This document shows, piece after piece, positions 46,090 through 56,700 of a stretch of DNA of 64,000 nucleotides. The stretch covers positions 1,208-65,207 of the forward strand of contig DATIUW010000324.1 in NCBI GenBank assembly GCA_035466435.1. Direction: 5' to 3'. The first letter of the stretch is position 1; the number at the start of each line of letters is the position of its first letter. Both the position numbers and the translations under genes were made by a program. The stretch is from Polyangiales bacterium (GTDB taxonomy: Bacteria > Myxococcota_A > Polyangia > Polyangiales > Houyiibacteriaceae). The notes beneath the pieces were generated by a model that did not search any database, was not told where the DNA came from, and worked only from the letters and a program-made list of their open reading frames with translations.

Positions 46090-46922
46090 TCGCCGAGCAC
46101 CGCGACTTCAGGGTCCCACCGTGCGAGGCGTTTTCGCATGGTCGCGATTGCATCCGGGTGCTCGTCCACGAGCACGAAACCTCGACCGAGCCGCGCCGCG
46201 GCCTCTCCCGCTGTCCCGCTGCCCGCGAAGAAATCGAGCACGACATCACCGGGCTCGGTGTGCACTTTGACGATGCGCTCGACGACACCGAGCGGCTTCT
46301 GGGTCGGATAGCCGGTTTTTTCCCTGCTGTTCGTGGGCACGATGGTGTGCCACCAAACGTCGGTCGGAGTCTTGCCACGGGCAGCTTTCTCTTTCCCCAC
46401 CAAGCCCGGCGCCATGTACGGAATCCGGTCCATCTCCTCGAAGCGAAAGACGTACCGTTCGGGATCGAGGGCGTACCACAGGATCGTATCGTGCTTTGCG
46501 GGCCACCATCGCTTCGGCCTGCCGCCGAAGTCATACGCCCAGATGATTTCGTTGCGAAAACACTCACGCCCCAGCAACCGGTCGAGCGCGACTTTCACGT
46601 AGTGGACCTCGCGGTAGTCGAGGTGGACGAAAAGCGAGCCGTCCTCGGTGAGGCAAGGCAGGGCCGCCTCGATCCGGCTGACCAAAAATGCGACGTAGTC
46701 GTCGAAGTCGTCTTCGTATGCAGGGCTCTGCAGTCGCTCGACTTCGTAGCGCCTACCACCGAAGCCCGTGCGGATGCCCTGGGGGTTTGCCCTGACGTTC
46801 ATGCGGCTTCGCGCCTGTTTGCGTCCCGTGTTGAACGGAGGATCGATGTAGATCAGGCGGGCAAACCCACGCGGAAGCTTCGCCAATAGCTCCAGGTTGT
46901 CGCCCTGCAGAATCTGCCTCAC
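46056..46922 (-). CDS. Site-specific DNA methyltransferase, beta-class (N6-adenine or N4-cytosine)
   Basis: Motif IV 'LIYIDPPF' precedes motif I '[13 protein letters not shown]', which is the beta order. 'GYPTQKP' is also present. GTG at 46922 gives the typical N-terminus '[17 protein letters not shown]'. The rest of the 561-aa track ORF is antisense to thiS/thiG. Confidence 0.85.
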   Translation of the reverse strand: MRQILQGDNLELLAKLPRGFARLIYIDPPFNTGRKQARSRMNVRANPQGIRTGFGGRRYEVERLQSPAYEDDFDDYVAFLVSRIEAALPCLTEDGSLFVHLDYREVHYVKVALDRLLGRECFRNEIIWAYDFGGRPKRWWPAKHDTILWYALDPERYVFRFEEMDRIPYMAPGLVGKEKAARGKTPTDVWWHTIVPTNSREKTGYPTQKPLGVVERIVKVHTEPGDVVLDFFAGSGTAGEAAARLGRGFVLVDEHPDAIATMRKRLARWDPEVAVLGDYRGTSSTSNT

Positions 46923-47006
46923 GCGTGCGAGCGTACCATCGGGCGGCGTGCACGCCCATGCGAAGCCCGCTTGCGGCTCAGTGGAGCCGGTCCTAGCATT
47001 TGTCCG

Positions 47007-47207
47007 ATGCGGCTCTTGGTCAACGGAGAGGAACGGCAGGTCGAAGCGAGCTTGACGGTGAAGCAACTCTTGTCTTCGCTCGGTCTGGGCGACACGCTGG
47101 TGGCCGTGGAGCGCAACGAAGAAGTCGTCCCACGTGCGCAACACCAGAGCACCGTGTTGCACGAGGGCGACCGCATCGAAGTCGTGCACTTCGTAGGAGG
47201 CGGTTGA
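47007..47207 (+). CDS. thiS: Sulfur carrier protein ThiS
   Basis: The 66-aa product starts 'MRLLVNGEE' and ends in the C-terminal 'GGG'. It lies directly upstream of thiG. Confidence 0.88.
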   Translation: MRLLVNGEERQVEASLTVKQLLSSLGLGDTLVAVERNEEVVPRAQHQSTVLHEGDRIEVVHFVGGG

Positions 47208-48005
47208 GTGTCTCAGGATCCGTTCAAGATCGGTCCGTTCGAGTTTCGTTCGCGATTGTTTACCGGCACCGGCAAGTACCCGGATCTGGATGTCGCGCGC
47301 AAAGCACTGAAGGCATCCGGATGCGAGGTGGTGACCGTCGCCGTTCGGCGCGTCGATTTGAAGGCCACCGGAGCCGACTCGATCATGGCGGTGCTGCGGG
47401 AGGGCAACTACACGATCCTGCCCAACACGGCGGGTTGCTATACCGCGCAGGACGCCATTCGGACGGCGCGCCTGGCTCGCGAGCTCCTCGACACTCCTCT
47501 CATCAAGCTGGAGGTCATCGGAGATGAAAAGACCCTCTTTCCCGACGTCCCCGCCACGCTCGAAGCCGCCAAAACCCTGGTGGAGGACGGATTCACGGTC
47601 CTGCCCTACTTCAACGACGACCCAGTCGCGGCGCGCCGCTTGGAGGACATGGGTTGCGCTGCCGTGATGCCTCTCGCTGCGCCCATCGGGAGCGGCCTCG
47701 GTGTGCGGAATCCTTTCAACATCGAGATCATCGTCAAGCACGCAGGCGTGCCGGTCATCGTCGATGCCGGTGTGGGCACGGCGTCGGATGCAGCGGTCGC
47801 GATGGAGCTAGGTATCGACGGTGTGCTCATGAATACCGCGATCGCGGGCGCGAAAGACCCGGTTCGCATGGCCCGTGCAATGAAGGCGGCCGTCGAAGCC
47901 GGCCGAGATGCATTCCTCGCCGGCCGTATCCCTCGAAAGCTCTACGCCACCGCGTCGAGCCCGCTCGAAGGCGTCATCGGTTCCGAGCAAGACGGCCGCT
48001 CCTGA
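47208..48005 (+). CDS. thiG: Thiazole synthase
   Basis: The GTG start abuts the thiS TGA. 'LFTGTGKY', 'IKLEVIGD' and '[12 protein letters not shown]' are present. Confidence 0.95.
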   Translation: MSQDPFKIGPFEFRSRLFTGTGKYPDLDVARKALKASGCEVVTVAVRRVDLKATGADSIMAVLREGNYTILPNTAGCYTAQDAIRTARLARELLDTPLIKLEVIGDEKTLFPDVPATLEAAKTLVEDGFTVLPYFNDDPVAARRLEDMGCAAVMPLAAPIGSGLGVRNPFNIEIIVKHAGVPVIVDAGVGTASDAAVAMELGIDGVLMNTAIAGAKDPVRMARAMKAAVEAGRDAFLAGRIPRKLYATASSPLEGVIGSEQDGRS

Positions 48006-48014
48006 GTCGACGCC

Positions 48015-48650
48015 ATGGCGCCAGACCTGCCCCGGATCTGGATGATCACCGACCCGGATCGTCCTGAAGGTCCGATAGAGGCGATTCGACGCGCGCTCGA
48101 CGGCTGTCCGAGCCGCGTGGGCGTGCAGCTACGAGCCAAGCGGGCGTCCGATCGCCAATTGGTCGCTTGGGGGCGGGAGCTGCGCGCGCTGACCTCCGCA
48201 GCCGGCGCCGCGTTCACGATCAATCGGCGGCCGGACGTCGCCCAGATCGTGGGCGCCGATGGCGTACATCTTCCCGAGCGAGGCCTCGAGCCAGACGCCG
48301 TGGTCCGCTTTTGGCCGGAATTCAGGTTGATTGGAGTTTCGCGCCACGACCGGGCCGGCCTTCACCTCGCGGAGCGGCAGGGCGCGTCCTATGGCTTTCT
48401 GAGCCCGGTTTTTGCGGTACCCGGCAAGGGCGCGCCCATGGGAATCGCGGGATTCGAAAAGGCGATCGCCGGTGTCGGCATGCCGACGTTCGCGCTCGGC
48501 GGCATCGGCCGCGAGCATGTGGAGCCCTTGATCGCAGCCGGCGCGTTCGGCGTGGCCGTCCGGCGTGCGATCTACGACTCGACCGATCCGGCTGAGACAC
48601 TCCGGGCTTTGTCGACCCTGCTTGACAAGCGCCCCGAGTGCGGCGAATAG
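48015..48650 (+). CDS. thiE: Thiamine-phosphate synthase
   Basis: 'VQLRAK', 'GADGVHL' and 'FALGGI' are present, in thiSGE context. Confidence 0.9.
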   Translation: MAPDLPRIWMITDPDRPEGPIEAIRRALDGCPSRVGVQLRAKRASDRQLVAWGRELRALTSAAGAAFTINRRPDVAQIVGADGVHLPERGLEPDAVVRFWPEFRLIGVSRHDRAGLHLAERQGASYGFLSPVFAVPGKGAPMGIAGFEKAIAGVGMPTFALGGIGREHVEPLIAAGAFGVAVRRAIYDSTDPAETLRALSTLLDKRPECGE

Positions 48651-48657
48651 CCAGCCT

Positions 48658-49284
48658 GTGGGTGCGGTTCGAAGTGGGCTCGGATTTCTCTCCTGGGTAG
48701 GCGCGGTCGTCATCGTCATCGCGCTGGTCCTCAAGGCGTTCGTCTTCGACATGGCGGAAGTGGGGCACAACGGCATGGCTCCCACGCTGATTCACGGCGA
48801 GCGCGTGTTGATCAACAAACGCGCGGACCCGGTGATCGGATCGATTGCGGTTTGCCGGCATCCGACCGAGGACGGCTGGGTGGTCGGACGCGTGGTTGCG
48901 ACCGGAGGCATGGTGGTCGATTCGGCTGGCGGCAAGCTTCGCGTCGACGGCGAGCCGGTCGTCTTCGACGAGAAAGGAAAGACCTCCTTCTACAATGCCG
49001 ACAACGAACAAACGACGGCGGTCATTTGGGGAGACGAGTATGTCGGAGCCCAGTCGCACCGCATCTTCATCGGCGAAGACCGCCGCCAGTCGATTCGCAA
49101 GACGGAGGTTCCCGGCGGAACGCTCTATCTTCTCGGGGACCACCGGGCGTACATGGGCCAAGACAGTCGCGCATACGGACCGGTCGACGCATCGGAGTGT
49201 CGCGGCACCATCGTGTTCCGGGTCACGCCCGTCGACGGGCTCGATCAGGGCCTCGCGCACGGCTACTTCGAGCCGATCGGCTGA
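48658..49284 (+). CDS. Signal peptidase I (S26) homologue lacking the Ser/Lys catalytic dyad
   Basis: GTG at 48658. Has an N-terminal TM helix. Box B reads 'NGMAPTL' where LepB has 'SMxPTL'. Box D reads 'VVGRVVATGG' where LepB has 'YIKRxxGLPGD'. Box E 'LLGDHRAYMGQDSRAYGPV' is retained. Confidence 0.75.
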   Translation: MGAVRSGLGFLSWVGAVVIVIALVLKAFVFDMAEVGHNGMAPTLIHGERVLINKRADPVIGSIAVCRHPTEDGWVVGRVVATGGMVVDSAGGKLRVDGEPVVFDEKGKTSFYNADNEQTTAVIWGDEYVGAQSHRIFIGEDRRQSIRKTEVPGGTLYLLGDHRAYMGQDSRAYGPVDASECRGTIVFRVTPVDGLDQGLAHGYFEPIG

Positions 49285-49350
49285 GCACGTCTCCGCATTG
49301 CCTGAATCGTGGTCCGTTCTATGCTGCGCCCGCCGAGAGCGCCCAAGCCA

Positions 49351-50046
49351 ATGAGAGTCGCGGTCATACAGTTTCCGGGATCGAACGCCGACTGGGACGC
49401 TTTGCACGCCGTGCGAGACGTCCTCGGGGCAGACGCCTGGTACGTCTTTCACAAGCGAACGAGCCTGGGTGATGCCGATGCGGTGGTCATTCCGGGGGGC
49501 TTTTCGTACGGAGACTACCTGCGCGCCGGCGCGATCGCCGGGTTCAGCCCGATCGTGAGCGCCATCCGAGAGTTTGCAGGCCGCGGGGGTCCGATCCTCG
49601 GCATTTGCAACGGCTTCCAGATCCTCACCGAGATGGGTCTCTTGCCGGGAGCCTTGACTCGCAACGCGCACCTTCGTTTCGAGTGCCGCGACGTCTACGT
49701 GCGCGTCGAAACCGAGGGTCCCTTCACGGACATGGGCAAAGGAAGCGTCCTTCGATTGCCCATTGCCCACGCGGACGGGCGCTACCACACCACGGACCGA
49801 GGCCTCGCCGAGCTCGAGCGTCACGGCCAGGTCGCCTTCCGCTACAGCACGCGCAGAGGCGGCGCCCCAGACGGAAGCAATGCGAACCCGAACGGATCGG
49901 TCGGAGACATCGCAGGTGTATACAACCGCGAGAAAAACGTTCTCGGTATGATGCCGCACCCGGAACGAGCAAGCGAGACCATCCTCGGGAACGACGACGG
50001 GCTCGCCATTTTTCAATCGCTTCGACGTCACTTGGGGTTCGAATGA
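49351..50046 (+). CDS. purQ: Phosphoribosylformylglycinamidine synthase, glutaminase subunit
   Basis: ATG at 49351 ('[12 protein letters not shown]'). 'GGFSYGDYL', 'GICNGFQIL' (nucleophile Cys) and 'MMPHPER' are present. Confidence 0.93.
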   Translation: MRVAVIQFPGSNADWDALHAVRDVLGADAWYVFHKRTSLGDADAVVIPGGFSYGDYLRAGAIAGFSPIVSAIREFAGRGGPILGICNGFQILTEMGLLPGALTRNAHLRFECRDVYVRVETEGPFTDMGKGSVLRLPIAHADGRYHTTDRGLAELERHGQVAFRYSTRRGGAPDGSNANPNGSVGDIAGVYNREKNVLGMMPHPERASETILGNDDGLAIFQSLRRHLGFE

Positions 50047-52334
50047 GCGCACCAGCCAATTTTCCCGGAGAACCCGAAAGCTCCCCCGAAATCGCGCGGG
50101 AGTTCGGTCTCGCCGATCACGAATGGGATCGGGTGCTGACGACGCTTTCACGCCAGCCGAGCTACGCGGAGCTCGGGGTCATCAGCGTGATGTGGTCCGA
50201 GCATTGCTCGTACAAGTCTTCGAGGATTCACTTGGGCAGGCTTCCCACCACCGGGCCGCAGGTGGTTCAAGGGCCCGGCGAGAATGCGGGCGCCGTCGAC
50301 ATCGGCGATGGGTTTTGCGCCGTGTTCAAGATGGAGTCGCACAATCATCCTTCGTACATCGAGCCATATCAGGGTGCCGCGACGGGGGTCGGCGGAATCC
50401 TGCGCGACGTATTCACCATGGGCGCGCGGCCCGTCGCCTCGCTCAACTCGCTCCGCTTCGGACGTCCCGACCATCCGAAGACCCCGCATCTCCTCAAAGG
50501 AGTCGTCGCGGGGATCGGCGGCTACGGCAATTGCATCGGTGTCCCCACCGTCGGCGGCGAGGTGCAGTTCGATGCCAGCTACGACGGCAACATTCTGGTG
50601 AACGCGTTCACCGTCGGGATCGCCAAGACCGAGGCGCTCTTCTTCGGCGTGGCCGAAGGCGTCGGCAACCCAATCATCTACGTGGGTGCGAAAACGGGCC
50701 GCGACGGCATTCACGGGGCCACGATGGCGAGCGCCGAGTTCGGGGACGAAACCGAGAGCAAGCTACCGACCGTGCAGGTAGGCGACCCATTCATGGAAAA
50801 GCTCTTGTTGGAGGCGTGTCTCGAGATATTCGAGACCGATTGCCTAGCCGGCGTACAAGACATGGGCGCTGCCGGGCTCACGTCGTCGTCGGTGGAGATG
50901 GCTGCGCGTGCGGGCAATGGCGTGGAGCTCGACCTCGATGCGATTCCGCGTCGGACCAAGGCTCTCAGCCCTTACGAGATGCTGCTCAGCGAGTCGCAAG
51001 AACGCATGCTGATGGTGGCCAAAGACGGCCGTGAGCAAGAGGTCTTCGACATCTGCGCCAAGTGGGACCTCGATGCCTCCATCGTCGGCCGGGTGACTGA
51101 TACGGGTCGTTTCGTGTGCAAGGCCACGCCCGGCTATGACCCTTTCGACGGAACGGGCGAGCGCGATCCGGTGGTGGTCGTCGATCTGCCGGTCGATCTG
51201 CTGACCGATGCCGCGCCGAAGTACGACCGTCCACAGCAACCACGATCCGAACGGGCTTCGATCGTCTCTCTGACCGGAGACGCGCCCGAGGATCTCGGCG
51301 CCGAGATCGTGCGTTTGATCGGCTCTCCGAACATCGGGAGCCGATCGTGGATTTGGCGCCAGTATGATCACATCGTGCAGGACGGGACGGTGATACGGCC
51401 CGGCGATGGAGACGCCGCCGTGGTTCGCGTGTTCTGCAAGGACGAGACGGGTACACGCGAGAAGTACCTCGCAATATCGGCGGACTGCAACGGTCGGCAC
51501 GTGGAGCTCGACCCATTCGTCGGTGCGGCCATGGCGGTCGCCGAATGCACTCGCAACCTGGTGTGCGTCGGCGCGAAGCCGCTTGGTCTCACCGACTGCC
51601 TCAACTTCGGAAATCCCGAAGTGCCGGAACAGATGTGGCGTTTCTCGCAGGCCATCGACGGATTGTCGGCCGCGTGTAGTGCGCTCGGCGCCCCAGTGGT
51701 CTCGGGAAACGTGAGCTTTTACAACGAAACGGACGGCAAATCGATCTTGCCTACGCCCACCGTAGCCGCCGTCGGCCAACTCGAGGATCCAAGCCAGCGG
51801 CTGGGGCTCGGATTCGTTCGCGATGGCGACGTCATCGTGCACCTAGGGGAGCCGTCGCGTGGAGTGCTCGGCGGGTCGGAATGGCTGGTCCAGGCCACTG
51901 GGTCGGTGACGGGGGCGTCCGTGGGAATCGACTTGGATGCCGAGGTCGCACTGCAACACGCGATGCTCGAGCTGATCCGCAACGGCTTACTTCAGAGCGC
52001 ACACGACATCAGCGACGGCGGTATCGCAATCTGCTTGGCGGAATCGTGCATCGCCGAGGGTCTCGGCGCGCGCATCGCCCTACCCCCGAGCGACGACGCG
52101 CCGGCACATGCCCTGCTCTTCAGCGAAGAGCCTTCCCGCATCATCGTGAGCGTCTCGCCGAGCGACGTGGGCGAGGTCGGGGAAATCTGTCGTCGCTACG
52201 GGGTCCCCTTCCAGAAGCTCGGCAGGGTTGGCGGCGATACCTTGTCGATCGACGACATTTGCGACGTTCCAATCGAAGAGCTGGCCGAAGCACATGCGGC
52301 TGCGCTCGACTTCATCGTCGACGAGCCTTCCTGA
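50043..52334 (+). CDS. purL: Phosphoribosylformylglycinamidine synthase subunit PurL
   Basis: ATG at 50043 overlaps the purQ TGA. '[10 protein letters not shown]', 'ESHNHPS' and two AIRS-like halves are present. Confidence 0.95.
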   Translation: MSAPANFPGEPESSPEIAREFGLADHEWDRVLTTLSRQPSYAELGVISVMWSEHCSYKSSRIHLGRLPTTGPQVVQGPGENAGAVDIGDGFCAVFKMESHNHPSYIEPYQGAATGVGGILRDVFTMGARPVASLNSLRFGRPDHPKTPHLLKGVVAGIGGYGNCIGVPTVGGEVQFDASYDGNILVNAFTVGIAKTEALFFGVAEGVGNPIIYVGAKTGRDGIHGATMASAEFGDETESKLPTVQVGDPFMEKLLLEACLEIFETDCLAGVQDMGAAGLTSSSVEMAARAGNGVELDLDAIPRRTKALSPYEMLLSESQERMLMVAKDGREQEVFDICAKWDLDASIVGRVTDTGRFVCKATPGYDPFDGTGERDPVVVVDLPVDLLTDAAPKYDRPQQPRSERASIVSLTGDAPEDLGAEIVRLIGSPNIGSRSWIWRQYDHIVQDGTVIRPGDGDAAVVRVFCKDETGTREKYLAISADCNGRHVELDPFVGAAMAVAECTRNLVCVGAKPLGLTDCLNFGNPEVPEQMWRFSQAIDGLSAACSALGAPVVSGNVSFYNETDGKSILPTPTVAAVGQLEDPSQRLGLGFVRDGDVIVHLGEPSRGVLGGSEWLVQATGSVTGASVGIDLDAEVALQHAMLELIRNGLLQSAHDISDGGIAICLAESCIAEGLGARIALPPSDDAPAHALLFSEEPSRIIVSVSPSDVGEVGEICRRYGVPFQKLGRVGGDTLSIDDICDVPIEELAEAHAAALDFIVDEPS

Positions 52335-53748
52335 CGGTCAGGCCGTAGGCGACGAGCCCAGCCAAGGCCGCGATGACAATCCACGGGATGAGGCCGGTTT
52401 GGGTCTTGAAGGCGTTGTAGAGCATCCACATCGAAAAACCCGAATAGATGGCGGCGGCCACCAACGCTCGCGGCCGTGGCGCGTCGAGGTCGGGTCTGCG
52501 GCGTTTCACCGCGAAGAGGCTCACCGACACCAAGGCCGAAAACAAGACCAGAATCCCGCCGACGTTGATCAACAGGTCGCCGATGGTGTGGACGTAGAGC
52601 AAGGCGATGGCGATGGCGCCTTGCAGGAATATCGACGCCCGAGGCGGTGCTCCGGGTTTGGCGCGTAGCACCTTCGGAAGGAAGCCGTCGCGGGCCATTT
52701 CCGCGTAGACGCGAGGACCCACCAAGAGCATCGCACTAGTGCTCGATACCATGAGCGCCGCGATGCCCATCGACATGGCATTCGAGCCGGCTTCGCCGAC
52801 GAAGTCGCGCGCGACCAAGTGGCCCAAGGTCACCCTGGCTTCTTCATATTCGAACACCACCTCGGCGCGGTCCGGGGTGAGGTTTGCGATTAAAATCCAG
52901 TTCACCAGTAGATACGCGATGCCCACGAACGCACAGCCGATCAGCATGGCTCGGGGCACGTCGCGCCGGGGCTGGTAGAACTCGCCAGCGGCATACGCTG
53001 CCGCGTTCCAGCCCGAAAATGCGTAGGCGACGAAAAACAAGCTGGTTGCGAAGGGGAGCGCCACGCTCGTCGAATCACGGGCGGGTTCCCAGGCGGGCCA
53101 ACCGTTGTCCCCGAGCGCCAAGCCGAAAGCAACGAATGCGAGGATGAGGAGCCCCTTCAAGATGACGAGGGCGTTTTGCACCCACTTGGACGAGCGAAGA
53201 CCGACCGCGTGGAACGAGCAAAGCAAGCCGATGAGCACGGCTGCGCCGAAGCGCTCGTTCCCTGCGCCGAATACGGCAAACACGAAAGCCGCTGCGCCAA
53301 ACGCGCTGATCGCCATCGGCGCCGAAAACCCGACCAAGAGCGAAGCCCAACCGGCTAGATAACCCGCTGCGGGATGGAGCAGCTCGGAGAGGTAGCGGTA
53401 TTCGCCGCCCGAGCGAGGAATCAACAGGGCGGCCTCCGCGTATGATCGCGCACCCGCCATGGCTAGAAGCGCGCCTGTTGCCCACGCAGCGAGGATCCAG
53501 CCAGCGCTGAGCTCCTGGGCCATGAAGCCGGCGCTGAGAAAAACGCCTGCACCCACCATGTTCGCGACGACCAGGCCGATGCCGGATCCCAAGCCCAGGA
53601 ATCGCCCGGAATCGGGAACGGAAGTCGAATGATTTGATGCTGCGATCTTCGGCGAGGGAGTGCTTCGTTTTCGGCGTGTTAGGGGGGTGGAGAGTGTCCC
53701 GCTATTCGGCGGCTTCGACGGCGGCGGGGACGGGGCGTTTTTCGCCAC
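52312..53748 (-). CDS. APC-superfamily amino acid permease
   Basis: About 12 TM helices, with '[11 protein letters not shown]'. The N-terminal ~45 aa are Pro/Ser-rich. The track start overlaps the smc 3' end by 47 nt, so the start is uncertain. Confidence 0.8.
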   Translation of the reverse strand: MAKNAPSPPPSKPPNSGTLSTPLTRRKRSTPSPKIAASNHSTSVPDSGRFLGLGSGIGLVVANMVGAGVFLSAGFMAQELSAGWILAAWATGALLAMAGARSYAEAALLIPRSGGEYRYLSELLHPAAGYLAGWASLLVGFSAPMAISAFGAAAFVFAVFGAGNERFGAAVLIGLLCSFHAVGLRSSKWVQNALVILKGLLILAFVAFGLALGDNGWPAWEPARDSTSVALPFATSLFFVAYAFSGWNAAAYAAGEFYQPRRDVPRAMLIGCAFVGIAYLLVNWILIANLTPDRAEVVFEYEEARVTLGHLVARDFVGEAGSNAMSMGIAALMVSSTSAMLLVGPRVYAEMARDGFLPKVLRAKPGAPPRASIFLQGAIAIALLYVHTIGDLLINVGGILVLFSALVSVSLFAVKRRRPDLDAPRPRALVAAAIYSGFSMWMLYNAFKTQTGLIPWIVIAALAGLVAYGLTVRKARRR

Positions 53749-56700
53749 GTAGCTCGACGGAGACGAGCTTGGAGACGCCGGGTTGCTCCATGGTGACGCC
53801 GTAGAGGACGTCGGCGTATTCCATGGTTCGCTTCGAGTGCGTGATGATGATGAACTGGGAACGGTCGGTCATCTGCTGAATGGCGTCGGCGAAGCGGCCG
53901 ATGTTGGCTTCGTCGAGCGGCGCGTCGACCTCGTCGAGCAGGCAGAAAGGGCTCGGCTTGTACTGGAAGATTGCGAAGATGAGCGCGACCGCGGTCAATG
54001 CCTTCTCACCGCCGCTCATCAGCTCGAGCGAGCCCAGTCGCTTGCCTGGCGGCTGCGCGATGATGTCGACGCCAGTCTCGAGCATGTCTTGCGGCTCGGT
54101 CAACCGAAGCTCCGCCTGACCTCCACGGAACAGCAGCGGATAGATGCGTTTGAATCGCTCGTTGATGCCGGTGAACGCCTCGCGGAACATCGCGCGGCTC
54201 TCACGGTTCATCTGCCGGATGGCCTTGTCGAGCTTGGTGAGCGCCTCCTCGAGGTCGCGCCGCTGGCTGGTCAGATACTCGTAGCGCTCGGCGTTTTCTT
54301 CGTACTCCTCGATGGCGGTGAGGTTGATCTCGCCCATGCGATCGATGAGCCGCTGCAGCTCTTCGGCGCGCGCCGCGATCTCGGCGTCGGGGATCGGCCG
54401 GTCGTGGTAATCGCCCAACACGTAGGCGAGCTCGACGCGATGCTTGTCGCGGACCTGTTCCACGAGGTGCTCGAGCGAAAGCGCCAGCTCACGGTCCCGA
54501 AGAGTCAGCTCGTTGAGCTCGTTCGAGCGCTCCTCGAGCGCGGCGCGCAGCTCTTTGAGGGCAGCTTCGGATTCCCCGAGCTTCACTTGGGCCTCGTCGA
54601 ATTTTCCCCGCAGGCTCGAGAGTTGCTCGCGTGCGGAGGCCGCTTCGTGCGCGGCCTCGCTGACCCGGCCTCGGTGCAAGAGAATGCGGCCTGCGGCCTG
54701 GCCTTGGTCGCGATCGGCGATGGCGACGTCCTCTCGAAGCCGGTCCTCCCTCGCGTTTAGCTGGGCCAGCGCGCGGTCGAGCTGAGCCAGAACCGAACGC
54801 TCGCGGTCCGCGCGCTCGCGTGATTGGGTCGCCTCGACCTTCACTTCGGTCGCCCGTGCAGCCTGCTTTTCGACGACCCGCCGCCGTTCACCGAGGATGC
54901 TCTCGGCGACTCGTGTCGCTTCTTCAGCATCCGTCACGTGGCGACGCGCATCGGCCAGCTCGCGGTTGGTGTTGCTTTCATCGACCTCGATTTGCGATAG
55001 CGCGGCCTTTGCTTCGGTCTCCGCGAGGGAGATCTCCGAGCGGCGCTCCGCGATGCGCCGAAGCTCCATCTCGAGCGCCTGCAGGTCACGCTCGGCGCCC
55101 AGAATTTCGAGCTCGGAATCGTGTGCGCGGGCACGCACCGAATCGATTGCCGCTTGCCGTTCCGCAATGGCGGCACGAAGACGTCCCTGCTCGCCGACCG
55201 CGCGTTCCAGCTCCCCCTTCTGTGATGCGGCTGTCTGCTCGAGCTCGCGGATCTCCCGTTGAAGCCGAAGCAGATGCGTCGCGGACTCGTCGTTGGCGCC
55301 TCCCACGACGGCTCCATCCGAAAGCAACGCTTGGCCGTCGAGCGTAACTAGCTTTCCGGCAAACCCCTCGCGGTGCAGACGCGCCGCCGTCTCCAAGCCG
55401 TCGACCACCAGCACGTCGAACAGAAGATGACGGACCCACGCGTCATCCGATTGGGAATGACGCACGAGGCTGGTCAGCGGCCCAACGATGCCCGACCCGG
55501 TGGGGAAAGGTGGAACCACACGGGGCCCGCTGCTCGGCGCGCGTGGCAGAAACGCCGCGCGGCCTTTCTCCTCGCGTGCGAGGTACGCAGCGGCGCGCAG
55601 CGCCGAGTCGGTGTCTTCGACCAGCAAGCACTCGAGCGATGCACCGAGCGCGGCACCCAACGCGCGTGTGTGCTCGGCGTCACACTCGAGTCGATCGGCG
55701 ACCAAGCCGACCAAGCCCGAGTGAGTATCGCCCACGTCTCGCGTGTACTCCGTCATGACGGCTTGTGTTCCCGCGCCGACGCCCTCGAAGCGCTCGTGAA
55801 TCTCGTCGAGCGAGCGCAACCGCGAGCTCGTCACGGCGAGCTTCTCGCGAAGCGCATCGACCTCGGCATCCGCTTGTTGGAGCGCCTTCTTTTGCTGAAC
55901 GAGCGAAGCCTCGATCTCGGTCTGACGTTCAGCGGTCTCGACCTTGCCGCTGCGCAAGCCGTTGATCTTGCCCTCGAGCTCACCGCGCTGTTGTCGAAAC
56001 TCGACCTCACGCGCGGCGGAAGCCTCGGTCTCCTCCTGCAAGCGCTCGAGACGGGTCTTGATCTCCTGGCGCCGCGCGCCGTAACCGGCGAGGACCGCTT
56101 CGGCGCCCGCCACGCGAGCCCGTCCCTCGGACAGCCAGGCCCGAGCGTTTCCGAGCGCGACTTCCGCCTCTTCTGCGGTGTTTTTACGGTCTTGAAGCTC
56201 GGTTTCGACCTCGGCCAGGAGGCGTTCCGCTTCGGTTTCGAGGGCCGCGAGCTCGGTCAGCGAGACACGCACGCCCGAGGCTTCCTGCTGTAGCTGTTGA
56301 CGCTGTTGCTCGAGTTGGCGCAACTCTCGGCTCGCCAGCTCTTTGCGTTCCGCCAAGCCCGTTTGCCGCTCCTGCTGTTGCCGGATCAGGCCCTCGAGTT
56401 GGCGTACCGAGTTGTCGAGCTCGTACGTGAGCGCCTGCGCACGCTCGACCTCGGAGCTCGAGCGTTGCAAGGAAACACGCTCCGCCTCGACCGACGCTTC
56501 CTTTGCGACGAGCTCGTGGCGCGCCCCTTGTGCGCTTTCCTTGGCCATGGACAGAGATGCGGCGACCGACGCAGTCTGTCCGCGCAACTCGAGGAATCGA
56601 TGTGACGCGACCCACAGGTCGAGGTCTCGCATCTCCTTTTTGTAGCGCTTGTAGCGTTCGGCTTTTTGTGCCTGCCGTTTGAGCGAACCGAGGCTGCGTT

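Noticed and set aside
44877-46889. 670-aa plus-strand ORF
   Set aside because: The product is Arg/Pro/Gly-rich low-complexity sequence. The ORF is out of frame with the glutaminyl cyclase gene and antisense to the methyltransferase. Both of those genes have clear homology in other frames.
46923-47741. N-terminal 273 codons of track ORF 46056..47741
   Set aside because: This part is antisense to thiS and thiG and has no methyltransferase-like sequence. The family-typical N-terminus begins at GTG 46922.
48322-50151. 609-aa minus-strand ORF across thiE/S26-like/purQ
   Set aside because: It is antisense to three genes with strong homology and has no recognisable motifs. It is a GC-driven open frame.
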